Part shown: in pieces, positions 32,512-41,349 of the stretch
How positions within the stretch are numbered: position 1 is the stretch's first letter
Layout: each line of letters starts with the position of its first letter
Assembly: GCA_965202985.1 (NCBI GenBank)
Contig: CBDBCF010000002.1
Location: forward strand, 224,001-288,000
DNA: 64,000 nt
Reading direction: 5' to 3'
Source: Longimicrobiales bacterium
Lineage (GTDB): Bacteria > Gemmatimonadota > Gemmatimonadetes > Longimicrobiales > Gaopeijiaceae
Notes under the pieces: model-generated
Database searches by the model: none
Seen by the model: only the letters and a program-made list of their open reading frames with translations
Told to the model about the DNA's origin: nothing
Translations under genes and position numbers: made by a program

Positions 32512-33312
32512 ATGTCTCCCGTCCTCGCGCTTCAATCCGACTCCTGGCTCAAGGATCGCCTGCGGGCGGGCGTGCGAGCCGGGGGCGCCCACGGTCTTGT
32601 GGCGCGGGTGGAGTTCGCCCCCGGCTGGAGGGGCCTGCGGGACTTGGTGCACCGCTTTCCGGGCTCTCCCGCGTTCGTGGACCCCGCGCACCCGCGCAAG
32701 AAGGAGCGCCCAGACGGGGCGGCTTGGCTCGCGCGGCTGGTTCCGACCTGTCCGTTGATCCGCTACGGAAGGCCGGACCGGTCGAGTCCGGCGTCGGCGG
32801 ATCGGGACGCCGCCCAAGACGCCGCGTTCGTCGCTTCCATGACGCCCGGCGTCGACGACGGCCTCGTCTCCATCGGCTCCACGGTGCTGCGAACCGCTGA
32901 CCACGCACTGGTGCGCACGCTCGGCGCGGACCTCGGGAGCGCCGCCCCCGCCCCCGCCCGGAGGCTGCTGGAGCGCGTCGTCCGTGCCACCGTCTTTCCA
33001 TGCACGGTACGCGCCCTGGCGACGAGCCTGGGAACGAGTGTGGCAATGCTCGACCGGCGCTGCCGAGCGTGGCGAGTGCCCCGACCCAAGAGGCTCCTCT
33101 CGCTGGCGCGCATCTTCCACGTGCATAGGCTGGCGGCGTGGAGCGGCCGCCCGCCCGGAGCAGTCGCCCTTGCTCTGGGGTACTCCGCCTACTCCAACTA
33201 CGCACGCTCCGTCCGGCGGGAGCTGGCGTGCACCTCTTCGCTGGTCGCGGAACAGGGCGGCCCGGCCTACGTGGGGGCGCGACTGGTCAGTATCGTTGCC
33301 GGCTCGTTGTGA
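32512..33312 (+). CDS. AraC-like helix-turn-helix regulator
   Basis: TVRALATSLGTSVAMLDRRC...PKRLL...VALALGYS double-HTH pattern. Confidence 0.7.
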   Translation: MSPVLALQSDSWLKDRLRAGVRAGGAHGLVARVEFAPGWRGLRDLVHRFPGSPAFVDPAHPRKKERPDGAAWLARLVPTCPLIRYGRPDRSSPASADRDAAQDAAFVASMTPGVDDGLVSIGSTVLRTADHALVRTLGADLGSAAPAPARRLLERVVRATVFPCTVRALATSLGTSVAMLDRRCRAWRVPRPKRLLSLARIFHVHRLAAWSGRPPGAVALALGYSAYSNYARSVRRELACTSSLVAEQGGPAYVGARLVSIVAGSL

Positions 33313-33383
33313 AGGGATTTGCCGACATGCGTCCGCGAGGAAACGCCCCGCGAAGTCGCCCATCGTCGAAAGGGAGAAGCATC

Positions 33384-33956
33384 ATGACGACGTTCCAAGG
33401 ATTCGTCTTGCGCATCATCGCTGTCCTGCGCCGCATCGTCCTCGCGGCGAGGCCGGCTCGCCCGGTGCGCCACCCCGTCGGCACCAGAAACCTCAACCTC
33501 GGACTCACTCTGATCGCGACGGCTCTCGCGGTTGCGGTCGGGCTGTTGGTGTCCCCCGTCACGGGCGTGTCCTCCTTGCAGCGGCAGTGCGTCGTCTGCA
33601 AGAAGGGCAACTGCGAGGACGGAGCCGGGGGCCCGAGCTGCACGAGCACGCGGAGCGGCGGCCAACACAGCTGTGAGATCGAGGGCGGGTGCGAATGCAC
33701 CAAGGTGGAGAGACGGTTCTGGTTCGACACCCAGGTCTGCTCACCGATCGAAGACGAGCAACAGGCGAGCCTGCTGCCCGGCCTGGACACTCGGGTCATC
33801 GATCACGGCGGACGCAACATTACGTTGACCCGAGTAGGGCCAGCTCACTTTGCCGGAGCCGCTCGTCATCCGGTTCCAACGCTGGGCCCACGGTCTCGCA
33901 TTCGAACGAGCAACGACCGACTGAGCCTGCGGCCAACCAGGAGGCAATCAACATGA
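33384..33956 (+). CDS. Cys-rich exported protein (copy B), C-terminus frameshifted
   Basis: Paralog of 23394-24017; the deletion near 33860 shifts frame and the new stop overlaps the next ATG. Confidence 0.65.
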   Translation: MTTFQGFVLRIIAVLRRIVLAARPARPVRHPVGTRNLNLGLTLIATALAVAVGLLVSPVTGVSSLQRQCVVCKKGNCEDGAGGPSCTSTRSGGQHSCEIEGGCECTKVERRFWFDTQVCSPIEDEQQASLLPGLDTRVIDHGGRNITLTRVGPAHFAGAARHPVPTLGPRSRIRTSNDRLSLRPTRRQST

Positions 33957-35014
33957 AGATGATCGTCGGGTCTGTTCTGCTCTTCGCGTCGAGTCTGGCG
34001 GCGACCGGCAAGCCAGCTGCAGGCCACGCGCAGACGTCGCCGTACCCGCTCGAAGTATGTGTTCGGGAGGTCTGGAGCACATTCGGCGATCCGGGATTCG
34101 GGTGGCCCAGGGGCATGCTGCAGTGGCCGGACGGAACGGTCTGGGTTGGCGACAGCCAGGTGTCGGAGGTGGCGGAAGTAGCGGCCGACGGCACCAACGT
34201 AAAGCGCGTTCTGCGCGCGGGCGAAGGTCCGGGCGAACTCCGCCGAGTCTACTATATCGTGCCTTACCGCGACGGCGGAATCGTCATACATGAGAGTCCG
34301 GGGTTCTCGTTCTTCGGTGCCGACAAGAAGTTCCGCCGACGGATGATGTGGCCCGTCAACTTGGAGACGCAGGGCCTCGTGGCAACGCCGGACGGCGACC
34401 TGATCGCCAGCGGCGGCTTCGGGCACGAAACCCACGAGCTGGCTCGCTACGCCGTGCATCGGTTCGACAGCAGGCGTGGTCGGCACGTCAAGAGCTGGCA
34501 CGCTGCCGCCGATCACGAACAGCCAGAAACGGTTCGCTATACGTCCGGGGGTCCCATGGTCGTTACGAGCGACGGCGGGCTCTTGGTGTCCGACGCGGCA
34601 CCGTTCAGGGTCACCCGGTATGCCGACCTCATGGGCAATGGGGCGCAGCTCGTGATCGAAGACGAAGACGTGGTGTCCGCATCGGAACTAGACCGGGCGG
34701 TCACGTACGGGAACAACAACTCGAATAAGTACACCACCGCATGGACCCGATCGTTCTTCATCGACGAGTTGGAGAACGGAGACATCCTCAACATCGTGCG
34801 GGTCTCGCCCGAGGACGATGCCCCGCCCATGAGCGAATGGCTCGTCATCTCGCCGGAGGGAAGCATCTTGGCCCGCACTCCCGTGGCGAAGGGGTACGAC
34901 GTGTGGAACGCCACTCCCGACGGCCACTACTTGGCTACGTACTGGGACGACGCGGCCAGCATGGACGCGGCGGTCAAATTGGAAGTGGTGGTCGGCCCGC
35001 CGCCGTGCGGGTGA
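33953..35014 (+). CDS. Exported putative beta-propeller protein (copy B)
   Basis: Close paralog of 24048-25115; AGGAGG SD. Confidence 0.78.
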   Translation: MKMIVGSVLLFASSLAATGKPAAGHAQTSPYPLEVCVREVWSTFGDPGFGWPRGMLQWPDGTVWVGDSQVSEVAEVAADGTNVKRVLRAGEGPGELRRVYYIVPYRDGGIVIHESPGFSFFGADKKFRRRMMWPVNLETQGLVATPDGDLIASGGFGHETHELARYAVHRFDSRRGRHVKSWHAAADHEQPETVRYTSGGPMVVTSDGGLLVSDAAPFRVTRYADLMGNGAQLVIEDEDVVSASELDRAVTYGNNNSNKYTTAWTRSFFIDELENGDILNIVRVSPEDDAPPMSEWLVISPEGSILARTPVAKGYDVWNATPDGHYLATYWDDAASMDAAVKLEVVVGPPPCG

Positions 35015-35021
35015 CGCGAAC

Positions 35022-36074
35022 CTAATCCTCCACGACCGGCCCGCACTGGGGCGGATCGCCGTCTCCGGTCCGCGGGCGCGACTCCACGGCGACGGTCCAG
35101 CGCACGCCGGCCCCGAACACGCCGGTTCCGGCCCCGAAGATCGAGGGGATGCGGATCTCGCCGGTGTCGAACGTTGTGTTCACGAAGAGGGTCTCGAAGG
35201 TCGCGAGGCGGATCCAGTTGAACCAGTTCCGGTCGATCGCCCCCACGGCCACGGCGGCGGCGGCGCCCTCGGGGAGTCCCACCTGGAGCATGTCGGTGAC
35301 CGCCGCGGCGACGTTCGCCGCGCTGAACAGTGTGCCGAAGTCGCGGGGGAAGACCATCTCGGTGGAGTCGCGGCCGAAGGGAAGTCCCGCCATGTACAGA
35401 GGTTCGCCGGCGTAGAGCGTGTCCTCTCCAGGCCAGATTCGGGGGTCGAGCCCCTTGACCGCGGCCCCGCCGACGTACGCCTGGGCACCCTCGGCGACGC
35501 CCCACGAGAAGCGATGGTTCCTGTCGGGCTCGACGAGGCAGCGGCCGCCCTCGCTGGCCAAGCCGGCCGCCGGTACGAACGCCTCCGGCAACCGAGTTGC
35601 TCCCTCGGCCACGCCGCCCGCCGGCGACTCGATCGTCAGCGATATGCCCTCGCCGGGCGCAAGCGGCGAAGGCGACGCCGAAGCCAAATAGCACGTTCCG
35701 TAAGTGGGAATGTGATGGATGTCGGGCCGTATTGGCCCCGGCGTGAAGCAGGATCCCTGCTCCGGCATCTGGACGAGTTCGACCGAACGGCCCGACTCCC
35801 CGACGACCCGGACCGACGCGCCCGGAACCTCGTTCGACCGCCGGCCGGTCCGAGTCCAGTGGAGCCAAGCCGTGGCCAGCAGCTCGGTGCGGGACGGGTC
35901 GGCGGGATCGACGGTCACGACGGTCCACACGCCCGCCGCGACGATGTCCTCCGGCGGGATGCCGGTGCCCGTGGGGTCGCACCCCGCCAGAGCCAGCGAC
36001 GCCAACCCCGCCGACGCCAAGCCGAGCGACGCGCTGGTCCGCCCACCGCCGAGCCGTCCGGCCGCCGGCTTCAA
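35022..36074 (-). CDS. Lipoprotein accompanying a TonB receptor (DUF4249-like)
   Basis: GGAGG then TTG overlapping the receptor stop; LAGC lipobox; PSIFGAGTGVFGA C-terminal motif. Confidence 0.7.
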   Translation of the reverse strand: MKPAAGRLGGGRTSASLGLASAGLASLALAGCDPTGTGIPPEDIVAAGVWTVVTVDPADPSRTELLATAWLHWTRTGRRSNEVPGASVRVVGESGRSVELVQMPEQGSCFTPGPIRPDIHHIPTYGTCYLASASPSPLAPGEGISLTIESPAGGVAEGATRLPEAFVPAAGLASEGGRCLVEPDRNHRFSWGVAEGAQAYVGGAAVKGLDPRIWPGEDTLYAGEPLYMAGLPFGRDSTEMVFPRDFGTLFSAANVAAAVTDMLQVGLPEGAAAAVAVGAIDRNWFNWIRLATFETLFVNTTFDTGEIRIPSIFGAGTGVFGAGVRWTVAVESRPRTGDGDPPQCGPVVED

Positions 36075-38407
36075 AACGACACCTCCACGCCGGCCGTGGG
36101 GAGGAACGGCATCATCGAGATGCCTCTGCGACCCACGCCGTCCGCCCGGTAGTCGAAGACGTAGAACAGGATGTTGTCTTGGTTGTAGAGGTTGATCACG
36201 CTCAGGTAGGGAACGACCCGCCCCCACGCCTTGTCCATCGGCTTGCGCAGGCTGATGTCCAGCCTGTGACGCGCCGGGTATCGCTCTCCATTGATGGGCC
36301 CCAGGAGGATGGCCTTCTGACAGCATCCCTCTTCCACCAACAGGTCCACCATCCGGTGGTCGTAGAGGTCGTAGGAGCCCGCGGGCAGCGTGTACGGGAG
36401 GCCGGTGCCGAAGTTCCAGCGAAGGCCGCCCACCAAGCCCCAGCCCATCGGCCGCCGAAGCACCAAGTCCACCTCCAGACGCCGATCGAACACCGGCGGA
36501 TGTTCCACGACCGGAGGCGGCGTCAAGAACGAGTACGCGTCCGGAAACCGCCGAACCGCCTTCAGGAAAGAGGCGGACACCCACCCCGTCGTCTCGCCCT
36601 CGGACTTTCGCACCATCAAGTCCGCGCCGTAGGACGCTCCATCGCCGGAAAGCGCGTCGTCCAAGGGGTCGCCCGGGTCTTCGGTCAAGTTCAGCGTGAT
36701 CACGCCGTCGAAGGTGCGGTAGTAGCCCTCGGCGGAGACGGACCATTCGCCGTCCGGGCCAAGGTAGCCCTCGACTCCCATCTGCACTTGATCGGACACG
36801 ACATGAGTGACGCCGTGCTCCGCCAGCAGCCAAACGTCGATGCCGAAGGGCAGCCGCTCGTCCCGCCGCGAGTGCAGGAACTGCGTGAAGCGTCCGCCGG
36901 CGACGCGAACGGCCCAGTCTCCGTCGTGGACGAAGCGCTTGATCGCGGCCCGAGGCGACACGACGACGACGCTGGCGGACTCGCCGGGAGCCCAGTAGTC
37001 CACTCGCACTCCGCCTTCGACGAGCCAGCGGGAGCTTGGGTTCCAGCGCACCTGGGTGTACGCCGCGGATTCCCATGCGCCGAAGTTCTGCTCCCGAAGG
37101 ACGGCGCCGCCGATCTCGGAGAGGTAGTCGGAGGCGGCGCGCTTTGCCGACAGCCCGGACTTCCAACGGCTGCGCGGAGTCGGGCGTCGCTCCAAGTCGA
37201 TCGCGAACAGAGACTCGGAGACGCCGTTGATGAAATCGGTGTCGGCCATGTTCAGGAAGTCGAAGTCCATCCGAAAACGAGAATGCGAAGCCCGCAGGTC
37301 CAATGCGCCTCCGCCCTTCGTGGGGCGCGTCCACGAGGCCCCGACGACGTCGTTGCCCCAGCGAGAGTTCATGCCCGCGAAGTCGGTGCCGGGCCGCACG
37401 TTGAGGACGTCCCGCCCCGAGTACGCCGTCAGCTTGAATCGGTCGCCCCTCCGGGTCCACGCCTCGAAGGCGCCCTGGAAGTCCATCAGGTAGTACGGCA
37501 TGTCGGGCAGCAGCAGATCGAAGTAGCTGCGCCGGCCCGACACCCTCCACCGAGCGCTGGTAAGGCCGATCCCCGACTTGGTTCCGTCCGGCAGGTCGCC
37601 GCCGACCGCCGCTCGGGTCGCCAGCAGACTCCATCCCGAATCAACGCCGAACTCGCCGTCGCCCAAGTCGGTCTCCACCGACAGAACCGACGACACCCGC
37701 CCGCCGTACTCGGCCGGAAAGCCCCCGGAACGAAGCTCGGCGCGCCCCACCATGTCCGCGTTGAACACCGAGAAGAAGCCCGCGAGGTGGAAGGGGTTGA
37801 TGATCGGCACGCCGTCCAGCAGGATGAGGTTCTGGTCCGCGGAACCCCCACGCACGTTGAAGGCCGACGAGAAGTCCGACACGGTGACCACGCCGGGCAG
37901 CACCTCCACGGCCCGCATCGGGTCCGCCTCGGCGATGCCGGGGACCGACTTGATCTCGGCCCGATTCAGCTCCTCCACCGTCACGCCCGCGGATTCCTCG
38001 AACCACTCCCGGCGGCGGCTGCGACGGGTCTCCACCACCAGGCCTGCGAGTTCCACGGCCTCGACGGACAGCACCACTTCCAGCTGGACTTCCGCACCGG
38101 CGGACACGGTCACTCTTTGCGTTCCCGGACCGAAGCCGATGCGGGCGACGGTCAGCATGTAGTCCCCCGAGGCCACGCCGCGGAAGACAAAGAACCCGAG
38201 GCGGTCCGTGCCGGTAATCTGCTGCATCGTCGAATCCGCCGCCGAGCGAAGACGGACCGTGGCGTCGGCGACCGGGACGCCGTCTTCGGCGCGCACCCGA
38301 CCTGCGACGGACCCCTGCTGGGCGTCGGCGACCGACGGGAGCCAGCCGGTAGCAAGCATGGCAACAGCGGCGAGCGCCGCCGCCGACGAGAGGGTGGGCC
38401 GCGTCAT
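36071..38407 (-). CDS. TonB-dependent receptor with carboxypeptidase-regulatory-like N-domain
   Basis: VRGGSADQNLILLDG, GGFPAEYGGRVSSV and terminal Phe. Confidence 0.92.
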   Translation of the reverse strand: MTRPTLSSAAALAAVAMLATGWLPSVADAQQGSVAGRVRAEDGVPVADATVRLRSAADSTMQQITGTDRLGFFVFRGVASGDYMLTVARIGFGPGTQRVTVSAGAEVQLEVVLSVEAVELAGLVVETRRSRRREWFEESAGVTVEELNRAEIKSVPGIAEADPMRAVEVLPGVVTVSDFSSAFNVRGGSADQNLILLDGVPIINPFHLAGFFSVFNADMVGRAELRSGGFPAEYGGRVSSVLSVETDLGDGEFGVDSGWSLLATRAAVGGDLPDGTKSGIGLTSARWRVSGRRSYFDLLLPDMPYYLMDFQGAFEAWTRRGDRFKLTAYSGRDVLNVRPGTDFAGMNSRWGNDVVGASWTRPTKGGGALDLRASHSRFRMDFDFLNMADTDFINGVSESLFAIDLERRPTPRSRWKSGLSAKRAASDYLSEIGGAVLREQNFGAWESAAYTQVRWNPSSRWLVEGGVRVDYWAPGESASVVVVSPRAAIKRFVHDGDWAVRVAGGRFTQFLHSRRDERLPFGIDVWLLAEHGVTHVVSDQVQMGVEGYLGPDGEWSVSAEGYYRTFDGVITLNLTEDPGDPLDDALSGDGASYGADLMVRKSEGETTGWVSASFLKAVRRFPDAYSFLTPPPVVEHPPVFDRRLEVDLVLRRPMGWGLVGGLRWNFGTGLPYTLPAGSYDLYDHRMVDLLVEEGCCQKAILLGPINGERYPARHRLDISLRKPMDKAWGRVVPYLSVINLYNQDNILFYVFDYRADGVGRRGISMMPFLPTAGVEVSF

Positions 38408-38428
38408 GGCACGAATCGGCTTGCTACC

Positions 38429-39085
38429 CTACCCTATGGGAAAGCCAAGGCCGGCCCGAAAGGAGAACGCGCGGCTCTTCGCCGCATTCGTGTTGTTCAG
38501 GTTGTCAACCTCGCCAAATCCGTGGGTGTAGAGTGCTTCCACGGACAAGGCCACGGACGGGTCGCGGAGAACCTGGAGCTGGAAGCCCGCGCCAACCGTG
38601 GCGCCGATGTCTACGGACCCGATGTCGAGGTTGAGGTCTTCGCAGAGTATCGGTGCAGCGCCGTCTGGCGGGGCGTTTTCGCACGATCGCTTGAAGGACA
38701 CGGTCGGCCCGACGAGCAGGTCGAACGAGGCCTCCTTGTCTCCCGTGGTGCGGATCGGCCTGATATCGATCAACGGCGACAACTCGACGTAGCTGATTCT
38801 CAGGGTGCTCTCCGCCCCTCCCTCGAACGACGCCGTGGCGCCCTTCGATGCGAACACGCCCCCGAGTCTGACCCCGACCTTCTCCCCCAGGTAGCGCGTG
38901 ACCGACACCCCGACCGCGATGCCCCTCCGGTAGCCGATGTCGGGCCCCGGGTCGGACTCGTAGTCCAGCGTCGCGATCGATGCGCCGGCTCGGACCGCCA
39001 TCACCGTCTGGGTCGAAGCTGGTGCGGCGACAAATGCCCAGGTCGCGAACGCTGCGACTAGGGCTGAAGTCACGCGGCGGTTCAT
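38429..39085 (-). CDS. Porin-family / small outer-membrane beta-barrel
   Basis: AGGAG SD; signal peptide; ISYVELSPL, LLVGP and SFRAGLGFP strands. Confidence 0.75.
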   Translation of the reverse strand: MNRRVTSALVAAFATWAFVAAPASTQTVMAVRAGASIATLDYESDPGPDIGYRRGIAVGVSVTRYLGEKVGVRLGGVFASKGATASFEGGAESTLRISYVELSPLIDIRPIRTTGDKEASFDLLVGPTVSFKRSCENAPPDGAAPILCEDLNLDIGSVDIGATVGAGFQLQVLRDPSVALSVEALYTHGFGEVDNLNNTNAAKSRAFSFRAGLGFPIG

Positions 39086-39385
39086 TTGCGGGCTCCTTTG
39101 TTGCGAGGTACGCGGACTTCCAAGCGCGGATACGGGTCTTCGAATACTGCGACATGACCATCTGGTGTCGCAAAGATGCGAGGCAGAGTGTCTCCAATGA
39201 ATCCGCCTCGGCCACTTGTAGCCTGGTCGCAGACGATCTCGTGCGCCTGGGCCTCGGGGGGGAGCGACCACGTCCAGCACCGCCGCTCCTGCCACGGCTC
39301 CTGCCGTGACGCTGATCGCGAGCAGCCCGGCGAGGCCGATGGCGCTCACCAGGTTGCTCACGAGTCTCGAGGTGGTTTCGAACAT
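39082..39385 (-). pseudogene. Small secreted protein frameshifted at a C7 tract (or sequencing error)
   Basis: AGGAGG SD. Removing one C at 39256-39262 gives an AQA-HE cleavage site and a 100-aa ORF ending in an ATGA overlap with the porin. Confidence 0.65.
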
Positions 39386-39494
39386 CTCGTTCTTTCCTCC
39401 TGCTATTGGGTTGCCTGCTCGCCACGGGAGCTCGTCTCCCGGCGAGCGGTCGGGTTCCTCCCGACAACAAGCCGATGCCCCAATCCACGTTTGC

Positions 39495-39508
39495 GGTATA
39501 TCAAAATT
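39495..39508 (-). promoter_or_regulatory. Conserved AATTTTGATATACC motif (copy 2)
   Basis: Exact match to 23281-23294. Confidence 0.55.
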
Positions 39509-39701
39509 GGCACCCCCAGGCGAAGAGGCTTCGTGGCGTGCGCCGCTGGCCGTCCTGGCGTGCCAGCAAGGCCCGCCGGACGGGACGGCATGTCGTCCCT
39601 TGCGAATCCAGCGAAGATCGCCGTATCGTGCGTCACGAACCCGAACGCGACCGGACCCGTCCGGCCTTCTCTGGACAGGGACCACCAGGCAGGACGTCGA
39701 T

Positions 39702-41180
39702 GTGATCAACCGACCGAACCGCGACTACTTTGCGAGCCTGATCCAGGAGTTGCGCGGGTTGCCCGGGGAGAACGAGTGGCTGGAGTTCAAGGTCGACTTC
39801 AGCGACCCGCAGGGCATCGGCGAATACATCTCTGCGCTCTCGAACTCGGCCGCCCTTTGCGGCAGGAACCATGCGTACATTGTCTGGGGAGTCGAGGACG
39901 CCACGCACGACGTCGTCGGTACCCGCTTCTCGCCGGCTAAGGCGAAGAAGGGCAACGAACCGCTGGAGAGCTGGCTTCACCGCTTCCTGGAGCCGGCGGT
40001 CGACTTCGCCTTCCACGAAGTGGCGGTGGAGGGCCGACGGGTCGTCTTGCTGGAGGTTGCCGGAGCCGTTCATCGCCCGGTCGAGTTCATGCGAGCAAGG
40101 TACGTGCGCGTCCGAAGCGCAAAGAGGCGGCTATCCGACTTTCCGGAGAAGGAGCGCGCTCTGTGGCGGTCGTTCGACAACGTGCCCTTCGAGAAGCAGA
40201 CCGCCGCGGAAAGACTGGGCGCGCGCGATGTTCTTGGGACGCTGGACTGTCCCAAGCACTTCGACCTGCTCGGACGCCCGCCCCCCGACGGCGCAGATGC
40301 GATCGTCGCCGCCCTGGTCGAGGACGCCGTCGTCGTCCGAAGCGCTGCGGGTGGGTTCGACGTCACGAACCTGGGCGCGATGCTGCTGGCGAGGGACCTG
40401 GGCGACTTCCCCGGGTTGCGGCGAAAGGCCCTGCGAGTGGTCCACTACCGCGGCGCGGACCGCATCAATGCGCTGACGGAGCAAGAGTTCGTCGAAGGGT
40501 ACGCTTCCGGCTTCGACAGGATGGCCGCTCACGTCGTCGCTCGCCTGCCTGCCAAGGAAGAGCTCGACGGCGTCTTCCGGCGGTCGATCACGGCGTATCC
40601 CGAGGTGGCGGTGCGCGAGCTGATGGGCAATGCGCTCATCCACCAGGACTTCGCGCTGCGCGGGGTCGGGCCGATGGTCGAGATATTCGACGGCCGACTC
40701 GAGATCAGCAACCCGGGAGAGCCGCTCGTGGACACGCAAAGGTTCGTCGACGCGACGCCGGCCTCCCGCAACGAGGCCACGGCCTCGATGATGCGACGAT
40801 TCGGCCTGTGCGAAGAGCGGGGCACGGGGATCGACAAGGTCGTGTCCGAGATCGAGCTGCGGCAGCTTCCCGCTCCTCTCTTCGAGGCGCCGCCCCGCTC
40901 CACGAGGGTCGTTCTCTTCGACCGAAAGACGGTGGCGCAGATGGACGGGAGCGAACGGCTCCGGGCTTGCTATCTGCACGCGTGCATCCAGTTCGTGAGC
41001 CGTCGGCGCATGACGAACGGCTCGTTGCGAGAACGCTTGGGCGTCCCCGACAAGAACGCGTCCATGGTCTCCAGGATTCTGCGCGAGGCGGTTGCCGACG
41101 GACTGATCGTAGTGGCGAACCCGGAAAACGGCCTGCGCGCCCGCCACTACGTGCCGTTCTGGGCCGTGTCGAGGAGCTAG
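39702..41180 (+). CDS. Schlafen/AlbA_2 domain + RecG-C/HATPase-like + HTH protein
   Basis: ENEWLEFK, YISALSN, IVWGVED, VRELMGNALIHQDF, ISNPG, CEERGTGIDK and YVPFWA. Confidence 0.85.
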   Translation: MINRPNRDYFASLIQELRGLPGENEWLEFKVDFSDPQGIGEYISALSNSAALCGRNHAYIVWGVEDATHDVVGTRFSPAKAKKGNEPLESWLHRFLEPAVDFAFHEVAVEGRRVVLLEVAGAVHRPVEFMRARYVRVRSAKRRLSDFPEKERALWRSFDNVPFEKQTAAERLGARDVLGTLDCPKHFDLLGRPPPDGADAIVAALVEDAVVVRSAAGGFDVTNLGAMLLARDLGDFPGLRRKALRVVHYRGADRINALTEQEFVEGYASGFDRMAAHVVARLPAKEELDGVFRRSITAYPEVAVRELMGNALIHQDFALRGVGPMVEIFDGRLEISNPGEPLVDTQRFVDATPASRNEATASMMRRFGLCEERGTGIDKVVSEIELRQLPAPLFEAPPRSTRVVLFDRKTVAQMDGSERLRACYLHACIQFVSRRRMTNGSLRERLGVPDKNASMVSRILREAVADGLIVVANPENGLRARHYVPFWAVSRS

Positions 41181-41195
41181 GCCGGGACCGACGCC

Positions 41196-41273
41196 TTTTC
41201 TTGACTCGAAACCGGCAATTCGGCCTCGAATTCTCGTAACTCCTTATTTGACAGCCATTTAGTTTCTTGACTG
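41196..41273 (+). repeat. Left ~78-bp AT-rich inverted repeat
   Basis: Reverse complement of 42937-43014; 68 of 79 aligned columns identical by manual count. Confidence 0.93.
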
Positions 41274-41349
41274 GAAGCTGCAAGAAACCGCGACTCGCGT
41301 GACGCCGGTCGCCCGGGGAGCCTGTCCGCACAAAGCGGGGCCGCGGCTC

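Larger units (their letters stand above)
33329..35024 (+). repeat. Direct repeat copy B of the Cys-rich gene + propeller cassette
   Basis: Aligns with 23340-25125; lacks 80 bp corresponding to 23872-23951. Confidence 0.95.

Noticed and set aside
38429..39709. 426-aa ORF as a single gene
   Set aside because: Better explained as non-coding leader, a frameshifted small gene and a porin with its own SD.
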